Shown: piece after piece, positions 10,446-23,200 of the stretch
Layout of the letters: each line of letters opens with the position of its first letter
How positions within the stretch are numbered: the stretch's first letter is position 1
DNA from: Podarcis vaucheri
Lineage: Eukaryota
Reading direction: 5' to 3' (one strand)
DNA: 64,000 nucleotides
Assembly: GCA_965113315.1 (NCBI GenBank)
Contig: OZ220370.1
Made by a program: the position numbers and the translations under genes
The notes under the pieces: generated by a model
Told to the model about the DNA's origin: nothing
The model's database searches: none
Seen by the model: only the letters and a program-made list of their open reading frames with translations

Positions 10446-12121
10446 AGATCAATTTCTGCTTGCAGCTTTAAATTTTCAGTTGGTTCTCTTTTCCATTATG
10501 CTTTTGAATTCAGCAATGAGAAATTCTAAAATTAAGAATTAATTCCCCCGATGGAAAAAGCACACATGCTTTTCGGTCATGCCTATGGCTTGCATGCTTC
10601 TTTTGGAGAGATTGGATAGTGATGATGAAAATTGTATAGGATGAAGCATAAGTCCATTCCTTCCCTATGCTGCCCACATTTCCACCCCATTTCAGCCGGT
10701 CCTCTGTACATCCTTGCTGCGTAATAGCTCCACTGGCAGAATCTCCACTGGTGTATTTGTCATGCTAGTGTGTCAGGGGCAGGCAGCAGTGGGAAGGGGC
10801 CAGTGATTTATGGGGTTCTGAGGTGGGAAAAGAGAAAGAGGCTGGGCAGTCAGAGACAGGAGAAGACAACTAGGTGCAGAAGAGCTGCAGGAAGGTACAG
10901 AGGTGGAAGAGACAGTCCCTCACAGTTTCCAGTGATTAGAAGGGGCTTAAAGCAGCAGGAGTAGCTGGAGCTGACACACAGAGGAAGTTGCTGGTGGCCT
11001 GAACACACTGCGTCAGAAGAGGGGGTTTAATTGTGCTGATGGAGGCATGGTCATGCTGTTGCTCCAACTGTTGAGTCAGAAAATACTGCAGAAGGAGATG
11101 CCTAGCTATTTTGCAGGAGCAGTGCATGTGATTCTTGCACCTTAGGAGCTGATGTCATTGCCAATAAAGAACTAAGATTTTAATTGCATGTCCTCCTTGG
11201 GGGGCTGGGTATCTTTGGGGTATAGGGATCTATATTGCACTATAGTTTGTTTTTTTCTTAAACTGATTGAATAAAGTCGATATTGTGGAAAAACCTGAAG
11301 TTTCTTGCCACTAATTTCCAAAGGAGGAAGAGTTAACCACTGCTTCATGTCTTTGCTGTATAATTCTCTTTGATGTATTACATAAAGAAAAATCATATTA
11401 CTTTACTTTTATGACTTTGAATATATGGAAGATAATTGGCACCCCTAATTGTCTGTGTACTCCAATCCTATCTTCAGATTTGACATGTTAAATGGTACAA
11501 AGCTCAATTCAGAAGCTTATCTTGATATTTATGACTAATGGCATTTTCAGTGAACAAAAAAAGAGAAAGAGAGACTCCTGCTTCTATCCTTTGCTGAAAC
11601 ATACAAATAGCATAATGCAGAAACAGAAGAATCTGAAGTGTTCTGTAGATGAAGTGAAATTTAACTTGTTTTTAAAACACTCAAAAATGCCTGACTTCTT
11701 CCTGATCCTCTCTCTCTCTCTCTTTTCAGACTGTATATAAACATGGAAAGAGCAGTTTTAAATAGAAGCAACATATGTCCAAATGACAGTTTTATTCATA
11801 AACACTTTGGTTTGAGCTAGATTTTCTTCCTCCATATGCTAGCTAGCAGTAGCAGAATTCTAAATGTCAGTCAATCAGTCCTCTTGTGGTTTTGATCACT
11901 AATATTTGGCACTGTTATTATGAACGGTTATTTTTCAAATGTTTGTCAAAATCAGGCAATTTGTTTTAAGGTGAGTCAGATACAAAAACTGACACTGTGC
12001 TAGCAAACTTGGAATGCATCAAAATCAGCACCCTTTAATAGGCCTCTGACTGTATTACAAATGATTTAAATTAGCACCTACACACAGGCAATCAATCAGA
12101 GCCTCACAGGCAACTCCAGGC

Positions 12122-12430
12122 CAGGGGTGTAGGAAAGGGGGGGAGGGGGCAGGTCACCCCAGGTGCCATCATGGAGGGAGGTGACAAATTATCAAGGAAC
12201 AATTACTGCCCTACTAGGGCGGTTCATAAAATCTCTTTTTAAAAAAATGCTTGCTCCAAAGGCACTAGGGATTATATGGCTATATATGAAATTTCATGCA
12301 TATCAGTTAATAATTTGACCCTCCTCCATGAAAATAGCTATGTACTTGACCATTTTCCTATGTCGTAAAGGCTGAAAGTTCAATTCAGTGTGGAACAGGG
12401 TCAAGATATTAAGTGATATGCATGCAGTGA
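12122..12430. mobile_element. hAT-like non-autonomous DNA transposon fragment (one end)
   Basis: CAGGGGTGTAGGAAAGGGG terminus followed by a G-rich subterminal region. Internal 28-bp imperfect inverted repeat at 12295-12322 / 12397-12424. Confidence 0.5.
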
Positions 12431-13343
12431 TCAGTCACTGGCTGAAAAACTCAGGAAAATGCATTGGGGGAGAAGTCTCCCTGAATTCCATGGCAGTGGT
12501 TTACAGAGTCAGTCCATGTTGCTACTCTACCTTCTTTCTGTCCAGACTGTGAAGAGAAATCTGTGGCCAACTGAAAATAAACCTCTGATCACTAGCGAGC
12601 AAACAAATATTAAATATGGCTGAGGGCAAAAATCAACCCTTTGCTTACGTTCTTCTTTCAGGATGCTTTTATCTTCTTTTTTCTCCAACTGGAGGAAACG
12701 TGATTAAAAGACGAGATACTGAAAAAGAATGCATAACACAATGAGGGAACGGATAAACCATGGAAAGCTGAACACTGAGATGAACTTTAAAGATTCTTAC
12801 ATCCTTCCCCTCCCCAATTATAGTCATCTTAAGTGTTCTTGGCAATCTCTAAAGATAAGAAACATGACCTACTCAGTGTAATGCTGGTTTTTGAGGTGAA
12901 AATTGTTGCTTTTATGTGCTGATCTATTTAATTAACGTTCCTGGATTATACAATGACAAGCAGGCTGCTGATCCTTTAGAAATTCAAATGAGTAATATGA
13001 GCAAAAATAGCATACCTGACTCAGAAAAAGCACGCACCCAAACTGTTTTACATACCATCCAAGCCCAAACAGTCCTTGAAAAGCTGGCAGTTTCAGATAT
13101 CAGATATTTTGGTAGACTATTAGGCAGGATAAAGAATGGAATAATAATGCTAAGAACATGAATCATGGACACAGCTCCAGTGCTCCCTTCAACAAGGATC
13201 TTTCAAAATCTAGAATTAAGTAATTTAGTTCAGTGAAAAAATCAGCAGTTTTAGGCAATAATGCCATTTCTTAAATTAAGGGGATAGTTTTCTTACAGAA
13301 AGATCACAACCAAGAATGGTGCACTCCTGCATATTTTTACAAG

Positions 13344-13345
<2 letters not shown>

Positions 13346-13379
<34 letters not shown>
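13346..13379. repeat. (GT)n microsatellite
   Basis: Direct reading. Confidence 0.98.
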
Positions 13380-13381
<2 letters not shown>

Positions 13382-13487
13382 CTAAACCAGATTCTAGTTA
13401 TACTAAGGTCTCAGTGAACTCAATTAGACTTAAGTTAGTGATGCAATTACTATGCTATTGAATGAACATTTTAGGTATTTTATACTA

Positions 13488-13692
13488 CAGTCATACCCCG
13501 TGTTGCGTTAGTTTCATGTTGTGTCTTTTTGGCTTGCAAACACGTGTATACTTCCAGGTTTCGCCACGTGTGTGTGCGCAGAAGCGTTCTGTGCACTTCG
13601 CACATGCACAGAAGCGCCGCTCTAGTTGCGGACTTTTCGGGATGCAAACGGCACCCCGGAATGGATCGTGTCCACAACTAGAGGTACCACTG
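13488..13692. mobile_element. Tc1/mariner (pogo-like) MITE, family B
   Basis: TA-CAGTCATACC...GAGGTACCACTG-TA. CpG-rich and related to 15757-15975. Confidence 0.85.
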
Positions 13693-13905
13693 TATACAGA
13701 TTTTACCCTTTCTTTTTCTTTTTTTGTTCCAGCCAATGTTGACATATAAAGTGAGATAAAATGCCACCGGATATTGTTTTTATTCCTTCTTCCTCATAAC
13801 AAAAGTGACCCAGGGAAGCAGATATCTTCTGATATTATACTCTTGGTTTGGTATTGAGACATTTTACTATCATGAGATACACTGGAGTTTAGCTTGAGGG
13901 ATAAA

Positions 13906-13962
13906 AATGCCCCCCTCATCCTCTTATTTTTAATGCACCCCCTCATCATCTTATTTTTAATG
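13906..13962. repeat. ~28-bp tandem duplication
   Basis: 'ccccctcatc(c/a)tcttatttttaatg' occurs twice. Confidence 0.85.
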
Positions 13963-15756
13963 GGCCTGAATTACTGATAAACATTGGTAGTAAGTTCAGT
14001 TTCATCATTTATCTCCTGCTCTTTGCCATAAAAGATGGAACCAAAACAACTTTAAACAATCAAATCACAAGGTGAAATGCAAATAGAAAATGCAAAAGCA
14101 CAATTACAAAATGTAAAGGCAGCCTTGTACCTCAGGAACACTGTGTTGAAATTAGCACAACTCTCTGGGAAAGGTATTCAGCAAAGCTGCTGGCACTACT
14201 CAGAACAAACCAAACCAAACCAAACTAAACAAAAGCTCTTAAAAAGTTCAACTGTAAAAGTTCTTTTCAACACTGAATATATCCTCTAATGGGAAAGCTG
14301 GTTATGCAAATTAACTCTTAAGGAGATCAGAATCTTATTCTTATTTAAAAAAGAGAGAGTTAAAAATGCTATAGATTTATTATCCTATATACCACAACCA
14401 GACTCATTATCTGAATGAAGATACTTATATAGCCAAAATGTCACCACACACACATGGAAAGGAATCAGCAGGCTTTTGTGAACCTTGAAGTTAGCAGAAC
14501 AAAATAAAAATAAAGAGGAAACATCCAAACTGCACAATGATGCCTGAACATGCTCAGTGCTCATGGAATGTTGACTGTTTTTTGAGGAGTGGTGGTGGAA
14601 TGGAGAATTCTTGAAAAGGGTATGGCTGAGTGGCTGGCACAACTAGCTTTCAACACTCCATTCAGTAACATTTTGTTATAGGTCCCACTTGTAGCTGGGA
14701 AACATGCATCCATGCTGAACTTTTTCAAAATCAATATATCATTATATATGGCTCTGCTATTTTCTGTGAACTTTCACATTCTTATCTGCACACCACTTAA
14801 ACCCACAGGAAACTATCCTGGAAAGTTTAGATTATGCTATGGTACCTTGATTTCTCCCACACTACCATTTAGAAGAATCACATTTGCAAGAGTCCTGTGT
14901 ATTTTAATGTACATTTAAAAGGAGAAAGCAGGAGAGAGAGAGAGAACGCGCACAAACACAGAAGGAACATTCTTCCTAAAGCAGTACATTTCTTTACAAG
15001 CACAAACAGAAATCTTGGCCAAAGTTGTCATCATTGCTTAGTGTGTCTGTTTAAAGTTTGCGAGGAGTTAGACAGATTCTGTATAATAAGTAAGTTTCCC
15101 ACTTTGCTAACTCCTTAACCTAGAAAACAATAAGGAAGAAAGCTTTGACAGTTTTTTGGGGGCAAGGCAACTTGCTTTATTGGGGTCATTGCATTCCTTC
15201 TGTCTACAACTGTGATGCCCAATTCAAGGAAACAGTAAATTGTTCTCTTGGGAAAACGACTTTTAAGTATATATAGATATGGGAGAAGATGGGGAGAGGT
15301 GAGGAAGAATTTTTATTATTTGTTTCAAGGACTGGTAGGTGCGAGACCTGTCAGAATGATATGGAGCCAACCTACATGTACTGAATTAATTTCCAGTGCT
15401 CTGTTGTTCTTAGCTGTTTTTGCTTGATAAGTCAACTTGCCCTGCAGTATTTCTTTTTCATTTAATTTTATTATTTCCCAGTTTAAAATATTACCTATAA
15501 TTTGTGCTTTTTTCTCATTAGGTCAGAACCAAGTTACTGAACAATGTTCTTAGTCAATGAGCATGTGCAAACCTGGGGAATTGCCCTTTAGTTCCAGAGG
15601 GGAGTGACACGTGCTCAGTGTGGTGTTTCTGTTGCCATTGTTTACAGGGCAACAGAAACCAAGAGGTGAGGGCAGGGCTGGCCCAAGACCTTTTGGCACC
15701 CGAGGTAAACCACAAAATGCGTCCACCAGGGAAGGAGGAATGAATGAAGATCTATA

Positions 15757-15975
15757 CAGTGGTACCTCTGGATGCAAACGGGATCCGGAGCATCCTGAGC
15801 AGAACGCAACCCACACGTGTGCGGGTTGTGATTAGCCGCTTCTGCGCATGCGCGTGATGTCATTTGAGCATCTGCGCATGCGCGAGCGGTGAAACCCGGA
15901 AGTAACCCATTCCGTTACTTCCGGGTCGCCGCAGAATGCAACCTGAAAACGCTCAACCTGAAGCTACTTTAACTG
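15757..15975. mobile_element. Tc1/mariner (pogo-like) MITE, family B
   Basis: TA-CAGTGGTACCTC...ACTG-TA with a degraded right end. Internal GCGCATGCGC and CCGGAAGT motifs. Confidence 0.8.
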
Positions 15976-15977
15976 TA

Positions 15978-16203
15978 CAGTCATACCTTGGATCTCAAAT
16001 GCCTTGACTCCTGAACAAATCTGCTCCTGAAAGATCGAAACCTGGAAGTGAATGTTCTGGTTTTCGAACATCCTTTTGGAAGCCGAACGTCCAATGGGGC
16101 TTCTAGAGGCTTCCGATTCAGAAGCCACACTTTGGTTTCCGAAAGTTTTGCAAGTCAAACAGACTTCTGGAACAGATTCCATTTGACTTCCAGTGTACGA
16201 CTG
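15978..16203. mobile_element. Tc1/mariner (pogo-like) MITE, family C, abutting the previous MITE
   Basis: CAGTCATACCTTGGA...TCCAGTGTACGACTG imperfect TIRs. Shares TA 15976-15977 with its neighbour. Confidence 0.75.
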
Positions 16204-16554
16204 TTTAGGGAACAGGGGGTGGGTGTCAAATCAACCTTACCCGACAACTGAAGTGGGAATTAAAATATTGTTGCTTTTAATTTTAACACAGGGGAGGTCA
16301 CACTCTGAATCATGCTGGGCAGGCGCAGGACCCAGGAGAAGGCAACTTCTGCCATTTCCTCCCTAGGGGTAGGATGTTGTAGAGGAGGCAAGGGGAGACA
16401 GCCAAGGAGATGGCAGATCCGACTTCCAAGGAGCGCACCACAGCCACTGCTTTCACCATAGCAGCAGCAGCAGTGGGTGATGTATTTGTTGGAGGCAGAA
16501 TCTGCTGTCCCCAAGGTGGTCACCTCACCTTGACACATGGATGGATCAGCCCTG

Positions 16555-16990
16555 GTTGAGACTCATAGGGTGGTGGCATGGGGGCAGAGCCTCTGTTTAT
16601 GGAACTCCTCCATCGCTGAGATAGGATTGCCCTCTCTACTGCTGAAATTTTGATGTTGCTTAAAAACACATTCATCTTGCCAGCACTTGGTGATGCTGGT
16701 CAAGATCAACAGGATGAATTCATTGTTTTTGCTACTGTATCTTTAAAAGTGGTTATAAATTTGTTGTCATTTAAATGTATTTTTATGATATTTGTATGTT
16801 GTTATGACATTTGTATAATTTTTTTAATTACTGTTAGGCATCCTGGGTCCTTTAAAGTGTTGGAAGTTAATTTAGGAATCTTATTTCTTGTTTTATCATT
16901 GTATTCTTGCTATGGCTATTGATTTTACACTTCTTGAAATCCAGAAAGAACAAAGCTGGGTACAAAAATGTTTGATATAAAATAAATCTG
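16555..16990 (+). mobile_element. Old L2-like LINE 3' end
   Basis: 'tggaactcctcc...gagatagga...ttaaaaacacattc' followed by a T-rich 3' UTR and (TAAA) tail. Confidence 0.45.
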
Positions 16991-17964
16991 AAGGAAAAAA
17001 GAGAAACATAAAAGCATAAAGGTTTACTGTACCAAAAGCACTGCAGTAAAACTAGCCCTGAATATTAAACATTGCATCATATTAAGCATAGCACCATTAG
17101 TCATTGCAGTGAGAAAAGGGGCTGTTTTTTATTTGTTTAAAAAAATGCCATTTTAAAATCAAGAAATGAGGAAGATAGATTATAAACAGGTCACCAGATG
17201 ATGGACTGCCCCAGACTTGTCATTTACCATTAAGGCATAGGTAGCTGAAGAAAAGTATCAAAATGCAAAAGTTAACAGGAAAAAACACACAAAAAAATGG
17301 ATAATATAAATAAAAATGACTGTGAATGGAAATAAGCTGAAAGTAAAACCCAAGAGTCATAAAAAGATCTCAGAATAAGTCTTAAATTTCTTGAATAAAA
17401 ACCATCTGAATTTCAAAATTAGAATTTATATTTGATTAAGTTTGCATATCTATGCAAATTGGGGGAAAGTTTCCTTTAAAGTTTAAGACTTCTGAATAAA
17501 CATTCATAGGATTAGTCTACTTGGCTGCAATCTGTGGCTGAACTGTAAAGAGCTGTGTTTTACTAAAAAACTTTGCAACATCTTCTATCTACAGAATGAC
17601 AATTATGCATGGTGGTGTGACCCTCCCAGTTTTTTCTTGCATCCTGTACCAGCTATATTTTGGCTTTGTCTGTTGCTGTAATGAACTGAAGATATTTTGG
17701 TTTGTACATGCCTATTGGTGGTTAGTGCCCATTGGCACTGGCGGGGCAGAAATCAGGGAGTAGGTGAAACCAGACCCAATAAGAAGCAGAGCGAACTAAG
17801 TCTAGTTTGGTGCTCCTCATCCTCTCTACAACATTATTCAAGAACAGCACTGTTTCTAAGCAGGGAAAGGAGTTTATGGGTAGCTCCATCTCATGGACTG
17901 GAGATAAGTAAGAAGGTAAGCAGGTGGGAGTTGGCATTTTGATGCTGGTGGCAATCCCCCTAAT

Positions 17965-18145
17965 GAACATACGAATAACCTATGGAATCAGGCCAGAGAT
18001 CTGTCTAGTTCAGCATCCTTTTCTTACAGTGGCCAACCAGATGCCCGCAAACATGGCATGAGTGCAACACCATCCTACGAACCTCTGATTCACAGCAGCG
18101 TGTATTCAGAGTCATGCTGCATAATGGACCACCCTCCTCTGTGAA
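17965..18145 (-). mobile_element. CR1-related 3' end / derived short element
   Basis: 'gaacat...atcaggcc..tctagttcagcatcc..acagtggccaaccagatgcc'. Similar copies at 20143-20230, 31306-31560 and 37586-37750. Confidence 0.6.
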
Positions 18146-18299
18146 CTTGTGGGAACAAACAGTATTTATATCCAAAGGAAAAGAACACAAACAATATGTA
18201 TCCAACAGGGAACAGACCCACTGAAATCAACAGGCTTATGTCTGGTACTGCTCTGTGCATGACTTAGTTGGGTATGTCCCAATTATCACAAAATTAATC

Positions 18300-18530
18300 C
18301 AGTGGTACCTTGGGTTACAGACGCTTCAGGTTACAGACACTTCAGGTTACAGACTCCGCTAACCCAGAAATAGTACCTTGGGTTAAGAACTTTGCTTCAG
18401 GATAAGAACAGAAATTGCGTGGCAGCAGTGGGAGGCCCCATTAGCTAAAGTGGTACCTCAGGTTAGGAACAGTTTCGGGTTAAGAACGGACCTCCAGAAT
18501 GAATTAAGTTCTGAACCTGAGGCACCACTG
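18300..18530. mobile_element. Tc1/mariner (pogo/Tigger-like) MITE, family A
   Basis: High similarity to 2389-2614, with TIRs CAGTGGTACCT...AGGCACCACTG and TA on the right. Confidence 0.9.
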
Positions 18531-20349
18531 TAACCACTTTTAGCTAATAAATCTTTCCCCAACTATGCTAAATCAGTAAGGTGTCTCAGAAGGTTTCAAA
18601 CCAATTCACTTCATTACAATGAGGCAGTTGAAAAGTGCAGTATTAACAATCAATAATGAAAAGTAGCAGAAAACATGTCGACAGCATGCCAAACAATGGC
18701 TGAGCAGTTTGTCTCATGTCACTCTTTAGATCTAAGCTCTAAGGCATCACCCACCATCAATTCCTCTGTCTCCTGCAAGGGGCCAGAAAATACCATACAT
18801 GACCATGATTCTTCCCATAACATATGGGATCTCTAGTCACCCTTAGTAAATGGAGCAGCCTTGCTAAATGGAGTCAGACAGGTGGAAATGGGCCAGGCAG
18901 AATAGCAAGAGGGAGGTTTTGCCATAATATGTGATTAGGTTTCTGCCACAACTGCAGTCTGAGGCGATCCATAAGATTTGGGTGTCAATTTCATAGCTTA
19001 ATGCCACTTTTTGTTTTCCTTATCTTGTTCTTCTCTTTTATCCTCTCTAATGGTCAGGAAGAAATAACACAATTAAATGCATAGATTTAAGTTGTTTGGT
19101 CCCTTCTCCTTCTGGAATCAATAGAGCTAAATCAGCATAACTAGTTACAGATGGGGCTGCCAGTCACATTTTTTCCCCAAAGAAAGTAATCCAATTTCAT
19201 GTTGCTGGGGCTTTCCCCCCCTATTTCTTTCTGAGGACATACTAACTTTTTAAATTGAACTCCCAGAGTGAATGGATCTGAATCAAAAGAGATTAGCTCC
19301 TTCATCTGGTAACATAAATTTTAAAAGCAACCAGGAGCCAAAATGAACAGTGAACTTTGAAAATCCTAAAGCAATTGGAAAGCGACAAACTATTCCTGAA
19401 AATGTAAGCTCCGCAAAGATTTTCACTTCAGCGGTCAAAACTACGTAGTGTAGTTCTCTGGAAAATCTCTTTGGTGAGCTGTGGGTGACACAAACAATTC
19501 GTGATAGAGGGTTTTTGTTTGTCGGCTTGCTTGCTTGCTTTTTGCCCCCAAAATTTAACAAGCTCTACTTTTTTATTTTACTTTATCTCTCTCCCTCTCT
19601 TTCTCTCTCTGTTGGATACAGTTCAGGAAGATGCTGAATCCATCAGAAAAAAACTGAGTCAGATGGCGGGTATGAAGCAAAAAAGGTGATCTTTTAATCA
19701 TATGGTACATGGCGGAAAACACCGCCTGTGCATTTTGCTCTGCTCGTTTCATCTTCCAATTAGCAGCTCTGCAAAATAAAATAAAATCAGATACAACCTT
19801 GGCTATTACATAATGCACTCTGCTTTACACTTTACTGAAGTGCTGATGTTATGCAGACTCCCCCCCCCCGCCCCACACCCTGGTCTCTCTGAAAAATAAT
19901 AACAGGCATTTAAAATCACATTCTCAGGCTAGTCCCTGTCAGTATTTCAGTTGATGAAGGCCCTTGTCCCATTTTGCTCAATGAATAAAAGCACTTGAAA
20001 GTGACTAGGTTGTACATCAAGATTTCTCAAAGGACATCTAAAGGATAAAATGCACCAGAAAGTTACTGTGACATGGTCTAATTTTTTATATTTAGCAAGC
20101 AATGGAAACTCTATGAACATTTGAATAAAAAACCTTTATTAAAGATAAGAAGACAGCTGCTCCAATCCAGGGACTGACCTAGTTCAGCATTCTGTTTTCA
20201 ACAGTGGTCAGTTAGATGCTTCCAGGAACAGCAGCATTCCTTAGAGCAGGTATGAGAAATATTTAGCCCTCATGATGTTGCCACACCATCAGCTCCAGCA
20301 ACCTTAACCAATGGGCCAGGGATCATGGGAGCTGTAATTTGACAACTTA

Positions 20350-20352
<3 letters not shown>

Positions 20353-20397
<45 letters not shown>

Positions 20398-20419
20398 GGT
20401 ATATATATATATACCGGTA
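20353..20419. repeat. (TA)n microsatellite interrupted by two TACCGGTA motifs
   Basis: Direct reading. Confidence 0.95.
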
Positions 20420-21529
20420 ATTAAATGTTGCCCCAAATACGAAATATTAAACAAACAACATAACAGTTTATATTTTAGTAGTTCTACAAGGAAATAACTA
20501 AACAATTACAAAAAAGTTAAGCAATTAAATAAACCATTTTGAACCTGTAACACTTTCTGCTGAAACCTGCTACCTTTCAAGTAACAAATGCCTGGGTGAA
20601 AAAATATCCCAATGCTGTCCAAATGATGCAACAGGAGGAAAATATCTGCTTGGGTCTGATGAACAAAGGGACATTCACAAGATACTTCTTCTCTGCAGCC
20701 TTGTTGTTCCCTGAACTGTTCTAGAAGGTTGGTGAACCCTCCAGAGCATCATGAGAAGCAGTGCAGGGGCCTATAGTGGGGCAGATCAGAGGAAATGTCA
20801 CTTCAACTCATGTGGGAACATCTGCTGGATCAAGAGCCCTTCCACAGAGAGCTAGTTATGGTCAAAGCCATTTTATGCCCCTTGAGGCATGAAGGGTTTC
20901 CCCACATCCAGCCTCTTGAGGGTCAGATATCAGTGATACCTGCCTCACCTAGGCCATCTGTTCTTTTTTAAGTAGTTGTTGAGATCACCTGTTGCTCTGA
21001 ACCATTTGCTCTGAGCTTCCAGAGCTGGGTAGGATATATGCTGAAAAATGCATACAACCTCATCCCTGAATGTGCAAGACAATATGCAGAAACAGTATAA
21101 AACAGACTGCAGAACCCTTCTGTTTCTCACATGCTCTCTGTTGGGCTGGCAGCAAGACCACTGGATAACGATGTTTAACGGCAAGCTTCATTATTCCAAA
21201 CTGGAAGTTTTCAGACCTTTTGCAGCTGATATTAAAGAGCTCTGTTTAGCAAGCAGGTCACTTCTGTAAAATCAGCTTCATTTTCTTCTAATCACCATCA
21301 TGATAAAATGGAAGCTGAGATGTATTTCCATGTTTTGGTCATTGTTTGGATCCTTTGTCGATAGTCCTAAATCATTAAGATAAGCCAATTAGGTTAATTA
21401 GCCATCTTAGAGCTGTTAGCCAGCTGATGTGAAAGTGCTTAACTAGAAGCTCAGCTAGAGAAGAATAGAAACTCAAGGACTCCACAAGCTGAGCACCTGG
21501 GATTAGAATGAGAAATTAATGTGAGATGC

Positions 21530-21640
21530 AGGTTCATTCCAGTTAGGGTCGAGAAAGTCCCAAGTCTGAAACTCTGGAGAGCCACTGCCAGTCAGTGCAG
21601 GCAATACAAAGGTAGATGGGTGAGTTGTCTGACTCTTTGT
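21530..21640 (+). mobile_element. Old SINE 3' part
   Basis: 'ctgaaactctggagagccactgccagtcagtgcaggcaatac...tagatgg' is a typical squamate tRNA-SINE body. Confidence 0.55.
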
Positions 21641-23156
21641 GGTGATAACCTGGTTCTACCAATGGGTAGTAATCTGAGTAAATAGATCTGGTGCAACATG
21701 GGATTCAATGAGAACAGAGGCTGAAAATTTACCAAGTGTTTTCTGCTGTGCAATTTAAAGGGATGGGGGAAGAATGCTTACTTGCCCTTCCCTCAATTGA
21801 TAAACAGCTGCAATAAAATTTGCAGCCGTCTAAGTTCTTATGCATGCAAGCAGCTGACGTTACCACACTATAAGTTAACACAGAGGTGTCCTAGGGCATT
21901 AAAGGAAGAGCGCAAATGGTTGGAATAGCCTGAGTGTGGAGGATTGATTGTCAATATAGTTTTATGTGCGTGAAATGGAGTGGTCTTTATTAGAACAGCA
22001 CAAGAAACATCAAGCTGCAGTAAAAATTATCTTGACAACATGGTTTGCCTCGTGCAGACTGTTATCCAATTCCCAAGGTTGTTGCAATAGGCTCTAGGGA
22101 GTCTAAAATTAATTACTTCCATTTCATATTTAACAGAGAGAAAAGAAAAGGAAGACTGGAAACAACAGAATCATGTCCAAGGAATATGAATGCAGAAAGC
22201 GATAATTAAACAGTTCGGCTTTCATTTGGCTCTGTACAGTATAATGCACTCACATTCAAAATGCTACAAGAGTTTCACAGTCATCCTGGTGCTACTTATA
22301 AATGCTATTTATAGTGACAGTTATATATATATATAGCTTGTGAATTAAAAAAAAAGCATGTTTGGGATAGTAGTGATTACTGGTGCACACACAGCATGGA
22401 TTTGGGTGATGTTATATATGGTTCATAATTTCTAAAGCACCCATTCCTCCTTCTTCAAGGAAGATGGATTGCAGAGGTTATGTGTACTTGGGCAGATATA
22501 TGAATCACATTATAATTGATATGTAATAGGCAGCAGACATGTAGCCTGTGCTCCACTGCATATACAGGAATGCCAGTTTCAATGATGCTTGAACTGCCCC
22601 TAAGTTGCAAATCAAATTGCTTGTTGCTTCCATACTTTTAGCTAACTTAAAAAGGTTAGGGGGAGCGAAAGTGAGTTTGGTTTGACATTTGAATAGAGAC
22701 ATTTGAATTCCATGGCAGAGAACTAACCCATTAGGTCATTTTCTTTATTCAAAGGGATCTCTGACTAACACAGTTTGGGCTGATAATTGAGAACAGAAAT
22801 GTGATTGTGTCCCATCAAACCAGGCTTTATAATCAAGTAAATAATACTCAGAAGTCAGCAGCAGGGAATGATACGAAATGTCTAATCCAGTGATATGATG
22901 AGTTCAGATATAAATTTGGCAGCAGTCATTTTGAAAAGGCATAAATATAATTAAGTTTGCCTTAAAAGAAAATTGCATCTACTTCCCAGTGTTATGATTA
23001 CAGAGTCTGGATGATACATGGGAATGGTTGAAGTTTAGAGGTGTTCAAACTGAAGTGAAGCTTAGAGTCATTTTCAGTAAATCTAAAAGTTGTTCTCCAG
23101 GATACGAGAGATGCCAAACAGGAAAGAACAAATCACCATTTGTCATAATTACTGCA

Positions 23157-23199
<43 letters not shown>
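23157..23199. repeat. (ATT)n microsatellite
   Basis: Direct reading. Confidence 0.98.

Positions 23200-23200
<1 letters not shown>

Noticed and set aside
10759-11140. Purine-rich stretch starting TGTCA, a possible LTR (also ~2297-2800)
   Set aside because: No closing CA with a TSD or clear poly(A) signal could be placed.
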